DNA of 64,000 nt from Obrimoposthia wandeli. Taxonomy: Eukaryota. The notes under the pieces are model-generated. The model did no database searches, was not told where the DNA came from, and saw nothing but the letters and a program-made list of their open reading frames with translations. Position numbers and translations under genes: made by a program. Shown piece by piece: positions 22,500-33,224 of the stretch. Location of the stretch: the NCBI GenBank assembly GCA_977020255.1, contig CDROCS010000253.1, positions 1,240,001 through 1,304,000 on the forward strand, in the 5' to 3' direction. Numbering within the stretch: position 1 is the first letter of the stretch; the number at the start of each line of letters is the position of its first letter.

Positions 22500-22602
22500 T
22501 AAGTGGCATAACGAATGTAACTAGAAAGCTTCCTTGTTAAATTAGCTTGGTGAATCATGAAGGTTACGCTTAAAATACAGACAACAAATATCAGTATAAG
22601 AA

Positions 22603-23316
22603 GTGAATATGAGTCGCGATAAACTCCTGCATTACAAAAAAATCTCTGTCACTAAGGTGTTTGAAAAAGAAACACAACTTATTGCTCAAATACAAGCGGG
22701 TGAGCTTAAGCAGTGCCTAATGTTATGGCAAGCGAATGAGCCAACGTTGGTATTACCTGCGGGTAAAAAGTGGTTAGAATCTGACGAGCTTAAAGCGGGA
22801 TTATTAGCCGAAAAATGGCTGTTACAGGCACGTAAAACTGGTGGTGCGCCGGTACCACAATGTCCGGGCATTATTAATTTATCTCACCTTTACCTGTGGT
22901 CAAATGACACAGCCTACTCAATTCCACAAGCCTATGAAAATTTATGTACAGTTTTACAGGGTTTTTTTCGCCAATTTAACTTAGTTAGCCAAGCACATGC
23001 TACCGAGTTCTCTTACTGTGATGGTGATTATAATATTAACTTAAATGGTAAAAAAATAGTGGGTACTGCTCAGCGAGTGATACTAAAAAAAGGTGGCGGT
23101 AAGATAGTGTTAGCACAAGCCTTTATTTTGATTGATGTGATACTGGATGAAATAATAAAGCCAGTTAACTTGTGTTATCAATTATCAGATAAAACAGAGC
23201 GGGTAAAAGCGCAAGTGCATACTGCACTTTTTGAAAATATTACCGAGCGACCGACAATAGAACAGCTATATCAGCAAGTTACTCAAGCTTTTGTTGATAG
23301 TGGTCTTTATCAATAA
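22603..23316 (+). CDS. Lipoate-protein ligase A-like catalytic-domain protein
   Basis: RKTGGAPV, YCDGDYNI, GKKIVGTAQ. Confidence 0.78.
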   Translation: MNMSRDKLLHYKKISVTKVFEKETQLIAQIQAGELKQCLMLWQANEPTLVLPAGKKWLESDELKAGLLAEKWLLQARKTGGAPVPQCPGIINLSHLYLWSNDTAYSIPQAYENLCTVLQGFFRQFNLVSQAHATEFSYCDGDYNINLNGKKIVGTAQRVILKKGGGKIVLAQAFILIDVILDEIIKPVNLCYQLSDKTERVKAQVHTALFENITERPTIEQLYQQVTQAFVDSGLYQ

Positions 23317-23386
23317 AACAGCAATTCATAAAAAATTACCATAAACAATAACAACTAAAATTGGCAAAATACAATAGCTCATCTCG

Positions 23387-23965
23387 CTATTTTAGTTGCT
23401 GATAAAGATCTACAAATTTAACACGTTTTCTGTAACCTTTAAAAAAGTGTTTATGGGTGATTTTACCATGATCATCAATAACCACTACACCAGGAGATGG
23501 GATACCGTAATGGTCATCGCTTGATGAATACTCCTTATTAACAATGTTGTAAGCTGACATAGTTTGTACTTTTTGATCTGACAATAATGGATAGCTGATA
23601 TTTTGTTGCTCAGCGAATTTTTTTAAAATATCGGTATTATCATAAGAAATAGCGGCAAGGCCGTAGCCTAACTGAGTAAAGTTCTTAGCACTACGGTTTA
23701 ATTCTATAAGGTGCTTTCTACAAAAGGGACACCAATCAGCAGAACGAAAAAATAAGATAATTAAACCTTTTTCACCACTGAGTTGTTTGATGTTAACAGA
23801 GCGCTGTAGGGTGTTAATTACTGAAATTTCAGGTGCTTTTTTACCTACCGTTGGACCTACACTAATATTTGTGTTGGCCAAGACGTTATTAGTGAATAGC
23901 AAAAGTAGCGAAAACAGTGATATTGATATTTTTTTATTAATAGTTAAGTATGTTCTATTGGTCAT
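23387..23965 (-). CDS. Exported AhpC/TSA peroxiredoxin-like protein
   Basis: Signal peptide, FFRSADWCPFC, AISYD, YPLLSD. Confidence 0.82.
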   Translation of the reverse strand: MTNRTYLTINKKISISLFSLLLLFTNNVLANTNISVGPTVGKKAPEISVINTLQRSVNIKQLSGEKGLIILFFRSADWCPFCRKHLIELNRSAKNFTQLGYGLAAISYDNTDILKKFAEQQNISYPLLSDQKVQTMSAYNIVNKEYSSSDDHYGIPSPGVVVIDDHGKITHKHFFKGYRKRVKFVDLYQQLK

Positions 23966-24157
23966 TTAAGTTACGAATTTTTTTGGGGTATGACCTAAAA
24001 GACCGTGTTATGAAATAAAAATTTCATCATGTATAAAGCTATTTTATTAAGGTAAGCGATTAACTTTTTACTTATTTAGTATTCTTATACCCATGCAGGT
24101 AAAGCTGTTAACATGACCGTACTGTTAGTTTTATCCAATTAAATTTACTAAATACGT

Positions 24158-24382
24158 ATGACTTATAAAAATGATGCCAACATTTGCCCTTTATGCGAAC
24201 AAAGTAATCGCTGTGATGTTCAAGCTAGCGCAGGTTGTTGGTGTATGAATAGCCAAGTTCCCGAAGCGATTTTGGCAAAAGTACCCGCGCATCTTAAAGG
24301 TGTCAGCTGTGTGTGTAATGCCTGTATTGAACGTTATCGCCAGAAAAAATTACCAGGTGGAAGCGATAAAAAAGATAGCTAA
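24158..24382 (+). CDS. Cysteine-rich CWC family protein
   Basis: CPLC...N.C.......CWC...........CVCNAC. Confidence 0.85.
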   Translation: MTYKNDANICPLCEQSNRCDVQASAGCWCMNSQVPEAILAKVPAHLKGVSCVCNACIERYRQKKLPGGSDKKDS

Positions 24383-24496
24383 ACAAGTAAATTAAATACA
24401 CTGTTCTTTGATGGTGTAAAAAGAAAAACACATTAAAATAATATTTTTAACGCTAACCCCTACGCAAGTAGCACGCATCCAAGTAAAATACCCCTC

Positions 24497-25996
24497 ATGA
24501 ATATATTGTCGAAAACAGCTATGAATAAAATGTCATCAACACATCAGCCATTACTAAGTCTAGATACCAAAATTGCTATTATTGGCGGTGGTATTGCCGG
24601 GTCAACTATTGCGCTGCGCTTTGCTGAGTTAGGTTTAGATACAACTTTAATAGAAAAGGGCCCAAGCTTAGTGAATGGTCCACCTATTTGTCATTTACAT
24701 GCTGGGGGGAACTTATACCGTGAAATTTCAGATGAGCAATGCCTGACGTTATTAAAACAGTCTATAGATACGGTAAAAGTATATCCACACAGTATTAATG
24801 TGCGACCAACGTTGATTGCTTTACCTAAAACGGATAAGGGACAACCTGAAGATTTATTACCGCGTTTAGAAAAACTACGTGTTAAATATAGTGAACTGGT
24901 TGCTCAAGATAACAGCAATAAAGTATTAGGTGAGCCAGTGGACTATTTCCGCTTTTATTCACGTGACGAGATTGATGCGTTAATTAACAAACCGATACCG
25001 AATAAAGCAAGCCAAGACAGTGATTGGTTAATTTCATTTTCCCAAAATGTTGATTTAGATAGCCTTAAATTTCCTGTGCTCTTGGTGCAAGAATATGGCT
25101 GGTCTGCTTTTCGTATGGCTGCTATTACCAGTTTAGCGATTGAGCGTTTACCTAGCTGTCACCTGCAAACCAACAGGCAAGTTATTGCTATTACGCAAAA
25201 AGAAAATGATTCAGGCTGGCAAGTCTCGACAAAAAATCAACTAGACACTTCAATTAATCATCAGCATTTCGACTACGTTATTAATGCTTGTGGTTTTAAA
25301 AGTGGTGAAATTGATGACATGGTAAGTGCTAAGCGCCAACGTATGGTGGAATTCAAAGCCGCTTATGTAGCGCACTGGCCAAAGTGCCAAGGCTTATGGC
25401 CTGAGATTGTTTTTTATGGCGAACGAGGCACACCAAAAGGCATGGCACAGTTAACGCCTTATCCAGATGGCTATTTTCAACTACATGGTATGACGCAAGA
25501 CATTACGTTATTTGATCAAGGGTTAGTCGCCAGTTCACTTCAAAGTGCACAACCGCAATTAGCATCAAGATTTATCGAAAAAATTGATAAACAATGGCCT
25601 GAGCAATTAGTTAATAATAGAACATTAGGGTCAATTGAACATATTGCGCAATTTATTCCAGCCTTTACTCAAGCTGAAGTAGCAGCGAAACCTTTATTTG
25701 GTGCGCAGCAAATTCCTGGAGAAGATCCTGAACTTCGTGCTGCGGATGTTTCTTTTCATGGTCAGCACTATGCCCGTGCAGAAATTGTTAAAGGATCGTC
25801 GGCGTTAGCTGCTGCGGATGCTATTTTAGCGAACTTAGTTGATTGTGGCTTAATAGTAGCTGAAGAACTTGGCGAATATTTAACCGAACACTATTTCCCT
25901 GTAAGCCAACAATGTTCTGACAGTGAAGTCACTGAACGAGCAATGATATTAGCCAAGCAACGTGATTATCCTATCGCATTAGCTAAAAATCTTTAA
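24497..25996 (+). CDS. FAD-dependent oxidoreductase, function unknown
   Basis: IIGGGIAGS, CHLHAGGNLYREIS, INACGF, QLTPY, GAQQIPG. Confidence 0.8.
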   Translation: MNILSKTAMNKMSSTHQPLLSLDTKIAIIGGGIAGSTIALRFAELGLDTTLIEKGPSLVNGPPICHLHAGGNLYREISDEQCLTLLKQSIDTVKVYPHSINVRPTLIALPKTDKGQPEDLLPRLEKLRVKYSELVAQDNSNKVLGEPVDYFRFYSRDEIDALINKPIPNKASQDSDWLISFSQNVDLDSLKFPVLLVQEYGWSAFRMAAITSLAIERLPSCHLQTNRQVIAITQKENDSGWQVSTKNQLDTSINHQHFDYVINACGFKSGEIDDMVSAKRQRMVEFKAAYVAHWPKCQGLWPEIVFYGERGTPKGMAQLTPYPDGYFQLHGMTQDITLFDQGLVASSLQSAQPQLASRFIEKIDKQWPEQLVNNRTLGSIEHIAQFIPAFTQAEVAAKPLFGAQQIPGEDPELRAADVSFHGQHYARAEIVKGSSALAAADAILANLVDCGLIVAEELGEYLTEHYFPVSQQCSDSEVTERAMILAKQRDYPIALAKNL

Positions 25997-26043
25997 TCCG
26001 TTTGGTATAATTTACCTTTTTGAACTAATGAACTATTAACGCT

Positions 26044-26727
26044 TCAATCATTTATTAGTAAAGTTAATAGTTCTTTGAACGTGTCAAAGCACCATTGTGG
26101 CTGATATTTATTGATATCTTCACCATAGTTATAACCATAGGTTAAGCCGATACTGTCTATGTTGGCTGCTTTTGCCGCTAAGATATCGTTTTTAGAATCC
26201 CCAATCATCAAACACTGTTCTGCAGAAACGTTAAGCTGCTCCAATGCATAATATAATGGTGCTGGATGTGGTTTTTTCTCCGCTAAAGTATCGCCGCCAA
26301 TTAATAACTCAAACACGCTATCAATACCTAAGCCATTTAAGATAGGTTGAATGAATACGGCTGGTTTGTTAGTAATAATAGCAAGACGAAACCCTGCTGC
26401 TTTTAACGAGAATAAGCCTTCTTTTACATCTTTATATAAGGCTGACTCTACGCATAAACACTCCTGATAATGCGCTAAGAAAATAGCTAAAGCATCTTGA
26501 ACCAGTGAAATATCTAATTGTTTATCAATTTTTGATGAGCCTGATAATGCTCGTTCAATTAACATCTTTGCACCATTACCTACCCAGTGGTGAATAGTTT
26601 CTTGATCGAACGTCGTTTTACCTAAATCTTTAAGTGTTCTATTAACGGCTAACGCAAGATCAGGGCCGCTGTCTACTAAGGTGCCATCGAGATCAAACAA
26701 CAGGACATTTTTTTCTTGAAGGGTCAC
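26044..26727 (-). CDS. gph: Phosphoglycolate phosphatase (HAD)
   Basis: FDLDGTLVDS, ITNKP, KKPHPAP, IGDSKND, TYGYNYG. Confidence 0.9.
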   Translation of the reverse strand: MTLQEKNVLLFDLDGTLVDSGPDLALAVNRTLKDLGKTTFDQETIHHWVGNGAKMLIERALSGSSKIDKQLDISLVQDALAIFLAHYQECLCVESALYKDVKEGLFSLKAAGFRLAIITNKPAVFIQPILNGLGIDSVFELLIGGDTLAEKKPHPAPLYYALEQLNVSAEQCLMIGDSKNDILAAKAANIDSIGLTYGYNYGEDINKYQPQWCFDTFKELLTLLIND

Positions 26728-26919
26728 AGGTATCTCATTAGATTGAAGGGTAAAAACTGAGTGTTATTTTACCCTTCAAGCGTGAGATAGCCAGTAACTT
26801 ATGCCCTTATTGCTTTAACAAAATAGTTGTGCGAATGTTAGTTACTAGTTTACTTGGGCTTATTTTTAACTGTTTTTTTATGTAAATATTAATGTAGATT
26901 TAATCAAAAGGAAAATATT

Positions 26920-27489
26920 ATGAATACACCAGAAAAATTAGTAACAGAGCTTGTGAAAGAACATGTATGTATCCCTGTGGGCTTAACAAGTAAAGAAAAT
27001 GATGACACTGTTGATACCGTAATTACTTATTTTAGCCTTATACCTTCAATAAAAAAAGATGTGGAGTGGGGAACAACTTTAATACGCACAGGGAGTGAAG
27101 CACTTACTACACCCGAAATAGGTCTTTCAAGTCTTCAATATGAATTTATACCCTTTTTAGGATCAGACCCTAAACAAAAGTTTTTAGAGTCTTATCAAAA
27201 GGCTGTACTTATTGTTGATTTACCAGTGGAAACTACTGAAGGTCAGTGGACTTTTGCTGATCCTGGGGTGGTCTTTAATACAAGTCCAACGTCAGCAGAG
27301 TGTGCTGTAGAGCAGGTACTCGCTGATGGGAATACACGTTTGATCTTGACTATAGAAAATGTTGTATCAACAACGTTGTTTCACTTGGATTTTATTTATA
27401 AAGCTTTATTTACTACAGCTGAAGGGGTAACTACGCCTTACACGTCGCAAGATCCTACTCTTGGGATTCGTCGTAGAAAGAAGAATTAA
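26920..27489 (+). CDS. Hypothetical protein, possibly DP-EP (DUF1888)-like
   Basis: 189 aa, acidic, beta-rich looking, C-terminal SQDP plus basic tail; AAGGA upstream. Confidence 0.5.
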   Translation: MNTPEKLVTELVKEHVCIPVGLTSKENDDTVDTVITYFSLIPSIKKDVEWGTTLIRTGSEALTTPEIGLSSLQYEFIPFLGSDPKQKFLESYQKAVLIVDLPVETTEGQWTFADPGVVFNTSPTSAECAVEQVLADGNTRLILTIENVVSTTLFHLDFIYKALFTTAEGVTTPYTSQDPTLGIRRRKKN

Positions 27490-27496
27490 TTTTGAC

Positions 27497-30298
27497 TTAT
27501 AAGTTCAGCTGGCATCGCTTTGAGTTGCCAGCTTTAATCAATAACTGTTGGAAGTCAGTACTGCTACATAGCGAATCAAACCAAGGTAAATTAAACCAAA
27601 CAAAACCGAAATCAGCAGCCAAGGCTTCTTCTACTTGATTAATCGCTGACACTTGCTCACCTAGCTGGCTATAGACTAAGGCTGCGGAAAAAGCTACTTG
27701 TCCATTATTAGGAGCTAATTTTTTTGCTTGGTTGATGGCTTTAATTGCTTGCTTATGTTTGCTTAAGTGAACATAAGCTTGGGCATTTATTAGTAATGCT
27801 TCCAGATCCTGTTGTTGATGGGATAGTTTAATGACCTGCTGATATAGAGAAGTTGCTTGCTCAGTCATTCCTAATATCAGCTTGATATCTGCTAAATTAG
27901 ATATTCTTGTTGGGTGCTTAGGACTATCTTTAACAGCTAATAGCGCCATTCTAAGAGCATCTTGATAACGACCGGCGAGTGTATAGGCCAATCCTAAACT
28001 ATCTAGATCACTGCTTTGCGGATTTACCTCAATGATAGCTTCATACATTGCAATCGCCTGTTTTAGGTCACCTTCAGACAAATATATATCGGCTAATAGC
28101 TTTTTGGCTTCATAGTCTTTTGGTATGGTTTTTAGTAATATTTTAAGGGGGCGTTTAGCGTTGGTAAAATCACTTAACCAGTAATAACTTAATGCTAAGT
28201 TATATAAAATATTTGTACTAGGCCGTAGGGTCAATATGGATTGATAATTTGAGACCGCTTGTAATAATTCATTACTGTCCATATGTAATGCAGCTTGCAA
28301 CTCTAATTGAGTCGATTCATCTATGCCGTGCTGTATAGCAATGTTTAATTGTTTTTTCGCTTGAGCAAAGTCTCTTACAGAGAGTGAAATCCAGAATTCA
28401 TCGATGGCTTGGAAAATACTGTATTTATAGTCTGGCGGTGCCAGTGATAATACTTTTCTTGCTTGGTTTGCGTACTTTATTTCGTTAGTTTTGTAGTATA
28501 ATTCAACAGCAGTTTTTCTATATAAAGCATAAGCGCTATATAAGTAAGGCGAACTGGTGATAATATCTTGTAATTGCTTTAAGGTATCGTCATCACTGCG
28601 ACCTTGCAACAAAACGCTATGATAAAGCTTGGCAAAAACAAGGTAATCTTGCTGTTTAACCGACTGCTCTGTTAAATGTTTTTTATTATACTGTGGGTAA
28701 ATTCCGGCAAAATAAGATTGAGTGATTTGCTTGATATCATAATAATTTTCTACTTGGCTTGGCCATTTTTTCTGTGTTAACACGGTCCATTTTTTTATTA
28801 CTATTTCTACGCCATTTTCACTACTGCCGTTTATATTTTCGTTAGAGGTTAAACGCGACAAAGTAACATCACATTTAACGTTATTACAGTCAAGCTGGGT
28901 GGTGATAATATCGCTAGCACCCGTCGCAGCAGCTATGTTAGCAATGGAGATAGTTTCCCCTGTTGAATTTTTACTGACTTCGGTAACTTCACGACGAGAA
29001 ATTAACCTTAAACCTTTGGTATTAATAATGCTCTGGCGAATGGCATCATCTAGAGTGGCAGTGACTAAGTCTTTCTGCATATCAGCAATAGGCTTATCAG
29101 GATTCTTATGAGTAACTGTTGCTGGTAATACCACGATATATCGAACGGGTAATTCTGCTGGTGAAAATAGTTCATCACGATAAAAACCAGCGATAACCAT
29201 AAGGGTTGTGAACAAAGCTAAGGTGACAAAAACAATGTTTCTTCGCTGATGTTCGTGATTAGCATTGCGGTTAGTATTGGTAGATGTTAGTCCCGCCGCA
29301 AGTTCTGCTGATAACTCTGTAGTTAATGGCTGAGTATCTTCAGCTAAAATTTCTTGTTGGCTAAGGTGTTTAGTGATTTGTTCAAATTGGTCAGTGACCC
29401 ACTGGCTAGATTGCGGACGATGTTCTACTTGGTTAGCTAACAGCTGATTGAGTAAAGCTATTAGCTCACGTGGTAATCGTGGCACGATATCTTGCGCTTG
29501 TTGGCATTGTGCTTTTAGAATTTTTTGAGCAGTTTGACTGGCTGAATCACTGGCAAAAGGATGTTGCCCGCTTATTAGCTGAAAAGCAATGATGCCTAAA
29601 GAAAATAAGTCGCTACGAAAATCAATTGCTTGAATCGTGGCATTGGGCAGAGCATTGTTAAGTTGCTCAGGAGACATGGCCGTTTGGCTGCCAAAACTTT
29701 GTGAGTTATTTTCTGATGCTGAACTAGTCTCAGCCTTAGTGAGTTTTGCTATGCCGAAATCAACAATTTTAACGCCGCCATGCTGATCAATGATGATGTT
29801 GCTCGGTTTTAAATCGCAATGCACAATACCGTGGTTATGTGCGGCGGTTAACCCCTTGCTAATTTGACTAATAATGGCAAGTTTTTGCGTGAGTGTAACA
29901 ATGTGCTCTTGTTGATAATTTTGTAGCGTTTTACCGTCTAGGTATTCCATTATCAAGGAAATTTGCTGATCTTGTTGAGTAATGTCGTAAATTTGTACTA
30001 TGTTGGCATGGTTAAGCTTGGCAAGTAATCTTGCTTCATGCAAAGCGGTTGCTATGGCTTGCGTATCAGCCGAGCTATTTTTTTTGTTATGTTCACTGCC
30101 ACTAGTGCTTTTATTAATACCTTCAGGCGTAGGGGCATTAATCGCTAACTCAGGTTTTAGTGTCTTTATTGCCACAGTGCGGTGCAAGCGTTGATCTTCT
30201 GCCAGATATATTTCACCCATACCACCTTGGTTGAGCAATTTAATTATTTTGTAATGGCTGGGGAGTTTAGCTTGTACGGCTTGAGTTAACGCTGGCAA
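27497..30298 (-). CDS. Membrane-anchored Hanks-type Ser/Thr kinase with TPR-rich C-terminus
   Basis: QGGMGEIY, VAIK, HCDLKPSN, DFG, MSPEQ, DLFSLG; one TM (IVFVTLALFTTLMVIAGFY); TPR-like helical repeats. Confidence 0.92.
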   Translation of the reverse strand: MPALTQAVQAKLPSHYKIIKLLNQGGMGEIYLAEDQRLHRTVAIKTLKPELAINAPTPEGINKSTSGSEHNKKNSSADTQAIATALHEARLLAKLNHANIVQIYDITQQDQQISLIMEYLDGKTLQNYQQEHIVTLTQKLAIISQISKGLTAAHNHGIVHCDLKPSNIIIDQHGGVKIVDFGIAKLTKAETSSASENNSQSFGSQTAMSPEQLNNALPNATIQAIDFRSDLFSLGIIAFQLISGQHPFASDSASQTAQKILKAQCQQAQDIVPRLPRELIALLNQLLANQVEHRPQSSQWVTDQFEQITKHLSQQEILAEDTQPLTTELSAELAAGLTSTNTNRNANHEHQRRNIVFVTLALFTTLMVIAGFYRDELFSPAELPVRYIVVLPATVTHKNPDKPIADMQKDLVTATLDDAIRQSIINTKGLRLISRREVTEVSKNSTGETISIANIAAATGASDIITTQLDCNNVKCDVTLSRLTSNENINGSSENGVEIVIKKWTVLTQKKWPSQVENYYDIKQITQSYFAGIYPQYNKKHLTEQSVKQQDYLVFAKLYHSVLLQGRSDDDTLKQLQDIITSSPYLYSAYALYRKTAVELYYKTNEIKYANQARKVLSLAPPDYKYSIFQAIDEFWISLSVRDFAQAKKQLNIAIQHGIDESTQLELQAALHMDSNELLQAVSNYQSILTLRPSTNILYNLALSYYWLSDFTNAKRPLKILLKTIPKDYEAKKLLADIYLSEGDLKQAIAMYEAIIEVNPQSSDLDSLGLAYTLAGRYQDALRMALLAVKDSPKHPTRISNLADIKLILGMTEQATSLYQQVIKLSHQQQDLEALLINAQAYVHLSKHKQAIKAINQAKKLAPNNGQVAFSAALVYSQLGEQVSAINQVEEALAADFGFVWFNLPWFDSLCSSTDFQQLLIKAGNSKRCQLNL

Positions 30299-30299
30299 A

Positions 30300-31352
30300 T
30301 TATGAGACTACTTTATTAGGTGGAACGTTAGGTGGTAAAACAGCCTGTTGTGGAATTGAAAGTTTTGTTTGCACAAGTGAACTTTCTAATTGATGGCCCT
30401 TATAGATTTCAAACGCGGGGCAGGCGAACCGTACTTGACGTAATTGTCGTTCTATTACATTGTCGGCATTATGCACGTTGGTCAACATGTCTGCAAACTG
30501 TTTACGGCTACGGTGAATTTGAATGTTCAGATGCGCCATATCTACGCCTAAATCTCTGAGTAAACGATCGGTGTTTACCCAACCTTGCTCAGTACTCTGC
30601 AAACCTTTTTCGGCATCTTCCACTCTATATCTGGCTAAACTCAAGGTTAAATAATGATGGCTACGCGTATGTAAATTGGTGATTTCTTGTGGTGATCTTA
30701 CTTTTAGTTTAGTGATTTCTTCGTTTAAGCTGAGTTCAAAAATACAGTATAAATCTTCAATCTCAAGCTGAGGTGAAGCGCTTAGCTCTGTGCTGTCCTC
30801 TAAATGGCTTAATTGTAATTTCCAGCGCTGATTGCTGAATTCAATTACATCATTTTCTTGTAGTAAACGCGCCTCTATGTGAGGTTCATTAACATACTCT
30901 ATATACCATTGGCCGCTCAACAGATTCGAAATTAGGGCTATTTCTGGCGATTCATCATTGGGTAATAAATGGTAGTGCTGTAATGTTATAGCAGTTTGCG
31001 CAGCATCATGTTGTTTAGCGTTGCTGTGAGTAATAGGTAGTAACATATCAGTAGGAGGACTTAAATCCTCAACCTGAAAACTAAGCTGTTCCTTATCAGA
31101 AAACTGTATGACGTCGCCAATTTTTAAGAACATAGGCTCTTCTTTAGTAAGTCTATGCTGATTAAGCCAAGTACCATTGCTGCTTAAATCTCGAATGGTC
31201 CAGTGGTCATTTTTCCATTCGACCACTGCATGCATTTTAGAAATACAGGGGTTGGTTATTAATGTGTCTACCGAATAAGCGAAACGACCGAAGCTATGGT
31301 GGGCATATAAATAGCAGCGATTTTGTGTTTGATGATTGGATAGATAAGCCAT
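30300..31352 (-). CDS. FHA-domain protein with putative C-terminal winged-helix domain
   Basis: FGR...ISKMHA...DLSSNGTWLN (FHA); C-terminal GWV....L.RDLGVD..HLNIQIHRSRKQF; 1 nt from the kinase start. Confidence 0.82.
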   Translation of the reverse strand: MAYLSNHQTQNRCYLYAHHSFGRFAYSVDTLITNPCISKMHAVVEWKNDHWTIRDLSSNGTWLNQHRLTKEEPMFLKIGDVIQFSDKEQLSFQVEDLSPPTDMLLPITHSNAKQHDAAQTAITLQHYHLLPNDESPEIALISNLLSGQWYIEYVNEPHIEARLLQENDVIEFSNQRWKLQLSHLEDSTELSASPQLEIEDLYCIFELSLNEEITKLKVRSPQEITNLHTRSHHYLTLSLARYRVEDAEKGLQSTEQGWVNTDRLLRDLGVDMAHLNIQIHRSRKQFADMLTNVHNADNVIERQLRQVRFACPAFEIYKGHQLESSLVQTKLSIPQQAVLPPNVPPNKVVS

Positions 31353-31599
31353 AATAAAAACCTAATGAGCAAGTGTTCAAGAATCTTGTTTTCTTATTAA
31401 TAGAGTAGCCGTTCTTAATGGTACTGTCTAGCCGTTTAATATTAATGGGCCTGTTTATCCTTGACGCTCGTTAACCTTTCTAAGTTATTAACTTTATTAT
31501 CTTTTTAGTTAGCGGTAATACGATGTAATATTTTTTTATCAGTGAACAAACTAAGCTTGATCATCAAGATAGGCAACAAGGTTAACAGGGAGTGACAAG

Positions 31600-32556
31600 G
31601 TGCTGATTAACAATATAACTGATATTAATGCTGAAATGACCAACAATAGTACCTTAACCTCCAAGCTGATTAACTATGGTAGTGATCACCCCTTATGGTT
31701 AAACATCGTAATAAAAAAACATGCCCTCGAACGAGTATGTTTTGCCTTAATTAATCGCTTGCAAACCAGTATGGAACCTGAAGTATCATTATCAATATTT
31801 CGTCAAGAAATAGACAAGTATTTACCTATAAGTGACGTGACTTTTTGTGATGAAGTTAAACGTTGTGATCATTCTGTTTCAACTCAGCAGGGCTATTGCA
31901 TCAGTCAACGATTAGCGGTGGAGGGTAGTGCCATAGGTTGTTTAAAATGTTACTTTGTCAAAAAACCTACATTAGCACAAGTAAAGTTGCTGAAACATCT
32001 AGCGAAAGTATTTAGCTATCCTTTAAGTAATGCTATTCAATATCAACAAATAAAATCTATGGCGTTAACTGATACTTTAACGGGGTTGGCAAACCGTAAT
32101 CAGTTTGAAAAAAAATACCACATGTTAGTGGATAGCTGCCTTAAAAGGCAGAGTAATTTTTCATTATTAATAATAGATCTGGATGGCTTTAAATATATCA
32201 ATGATCAGTTCGGTCACCAAACCGGTGATTTAGTGCTCAGTGAATTTGCGAAATTATTGTTAGCTTGTTGTCGTTATGAAGACGAGGTATTTCGATTTGG
32301 TGGTGATGAATTTATCATTTTATTGAACGATGCTAGATTAGTTGCTGTTCCTGACATAGCTAAGCGTATCAAAAGCCAGATGACTAATTGTCCATTTCTT
32401 AATCGCTTTAGTTTGTCTTGTAGTATTGGTAGCGCACTCTATCAAAAGTATGATGAGCCAAAACAGCTCTTTGGTCGTGCTGATGAAGCATTATATCGAG
32501 CCAAAGGAAAAGGAAAAAATTGTTTGGAAATGTCACCTTGTAGTGAGAAGAATTAA
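31600..32556 (+). CDS. Diguanylate cyclase
   Basis: TDTLTGLANR, IDLDGFKYIND.FGHQTGD, FRFGGDEF intact, ADEALYRAK. Confidence 0.93.
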   Translation: MLINNITDINAEMTNNSTLTSKLINYGSDHPLWLNIVIKKHALERVCFALINRLQTSMEPEVSLSIFRQEIDKYLPISDVTFCDEVKRCDHSVSTQQGYCISQRLAVEGSAIGCLKCYFVKKPTLAQVKLLKHLAKVFSYPLSNAIQYQQIKSMALTDTLTGLANRNQFEKKYHMLVDSCLKRQSNFSLLIIDLDGFKYINDQFGHQTGDLVLSEFAKLLLACCRYEDEVFRFGGDEFIILLNDARLVAVPDIAKRIKSQMTNCPFLNRFSLSCSIGSALYQKYDEPKQLFGRADEALYRAKGKGKNCLEMSPCSEKN

Positions 32557-32594
32557 AATACTATAGATAATTTTTTATAAAGCTCTCCCAGTTC

Positions 32595-32630
32595 AGGTGC
32601 TATCTTTTGTTGTGATAGCACCTATTTTAT
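32595..32630 (+). terminator. Intrinsic terminator after the GGDEF gene
   Basis: aggtgctatc-N9-gatagcacct then ATTTT. Confidence 0.7.
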
Positions 32631-32760
32631 TCCATACGAAAAGAGAATTTTACAGCTAACTGAACGGCTTACTTTCAGCAAAAAACAACTCAAAATCCCC
32701 TAAACTATTTATTCAGCTAGTTTTTCTCTCACGGTATAAAACATAACTAAATACTAATTA

Positions 32761-32779
32761 AATGATAATGATTTCTATT
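32761..32779. promoter_or_regulatory. Fur box
   Basis: AATGATAATGATTTCTATT; AATGATAATGATT matches the Fur consensus core at 12/13; upstream of an iron-type PepSY operon. Confidence 0.65.
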
Positions 32780-32903
32780 ACTTCTTTTGCTATCATAGGG
32801 TATGACGATATTTTTTAACCATGTTAACTTCATAAAAAGCATCATATCCTCTTATTTATCATCAATATAATCAGTAAGTCTTTAATAGAACTTGGAATGT
32901 AAA

Positions 32904-33224
32904 ATGTCTTTTCTTATTCATCAATTTAATTTTACCAACCCCCGTTGGGCTGTTTTTTCTCGAATATTGGCAGCCATTTTTGGCGGGTATGCTTTAGCAA
33001 CCTCTAGTTCTCTTTTTATTGGCCAATTATTATTAACTAGTGTGGGCAAATATCAAGCTATTCATATTGGCTTATTGCTCTCTTTTCTTGTGTACGCTTG
33101 TGCCGCCATGTGGGTATTTTCAGTATCAAGTGCCAATAAAGCGTGGTTAGGGCTAATCAAACTTAATGTTGGCTTTGTTGTAGGAACCTGGTTATTACTG
33201 CAGCTTAATGGTGCGACTAGCTAA
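32904..33224 (+). CDS. DUF3649-like small membrane protein
   Basis: SRILAAIFGGYALA, LLSFLVYACAAMWVF, AW.GL; first gene of the PepSY operon. Confidence 0.75.
   Translation: MSFLIHQFNFTNPRWAVFSRILAAIFGGYALATSSSLFIGQLLLTSVGKYQAIHIGLLLSFLVYACAAMWVFSVSSANKAWLGLIKLNVGFVVGTWLLLQLNGATS

Noticed and set aside
27497-31352. Kinase + FHA as the T6SS PpkA/TagH pair
   Set aside because: No tss genes or PP2C phosphatase nearby, and the FHA protein has an HTH-like C-terminus rather than a TagH-type one
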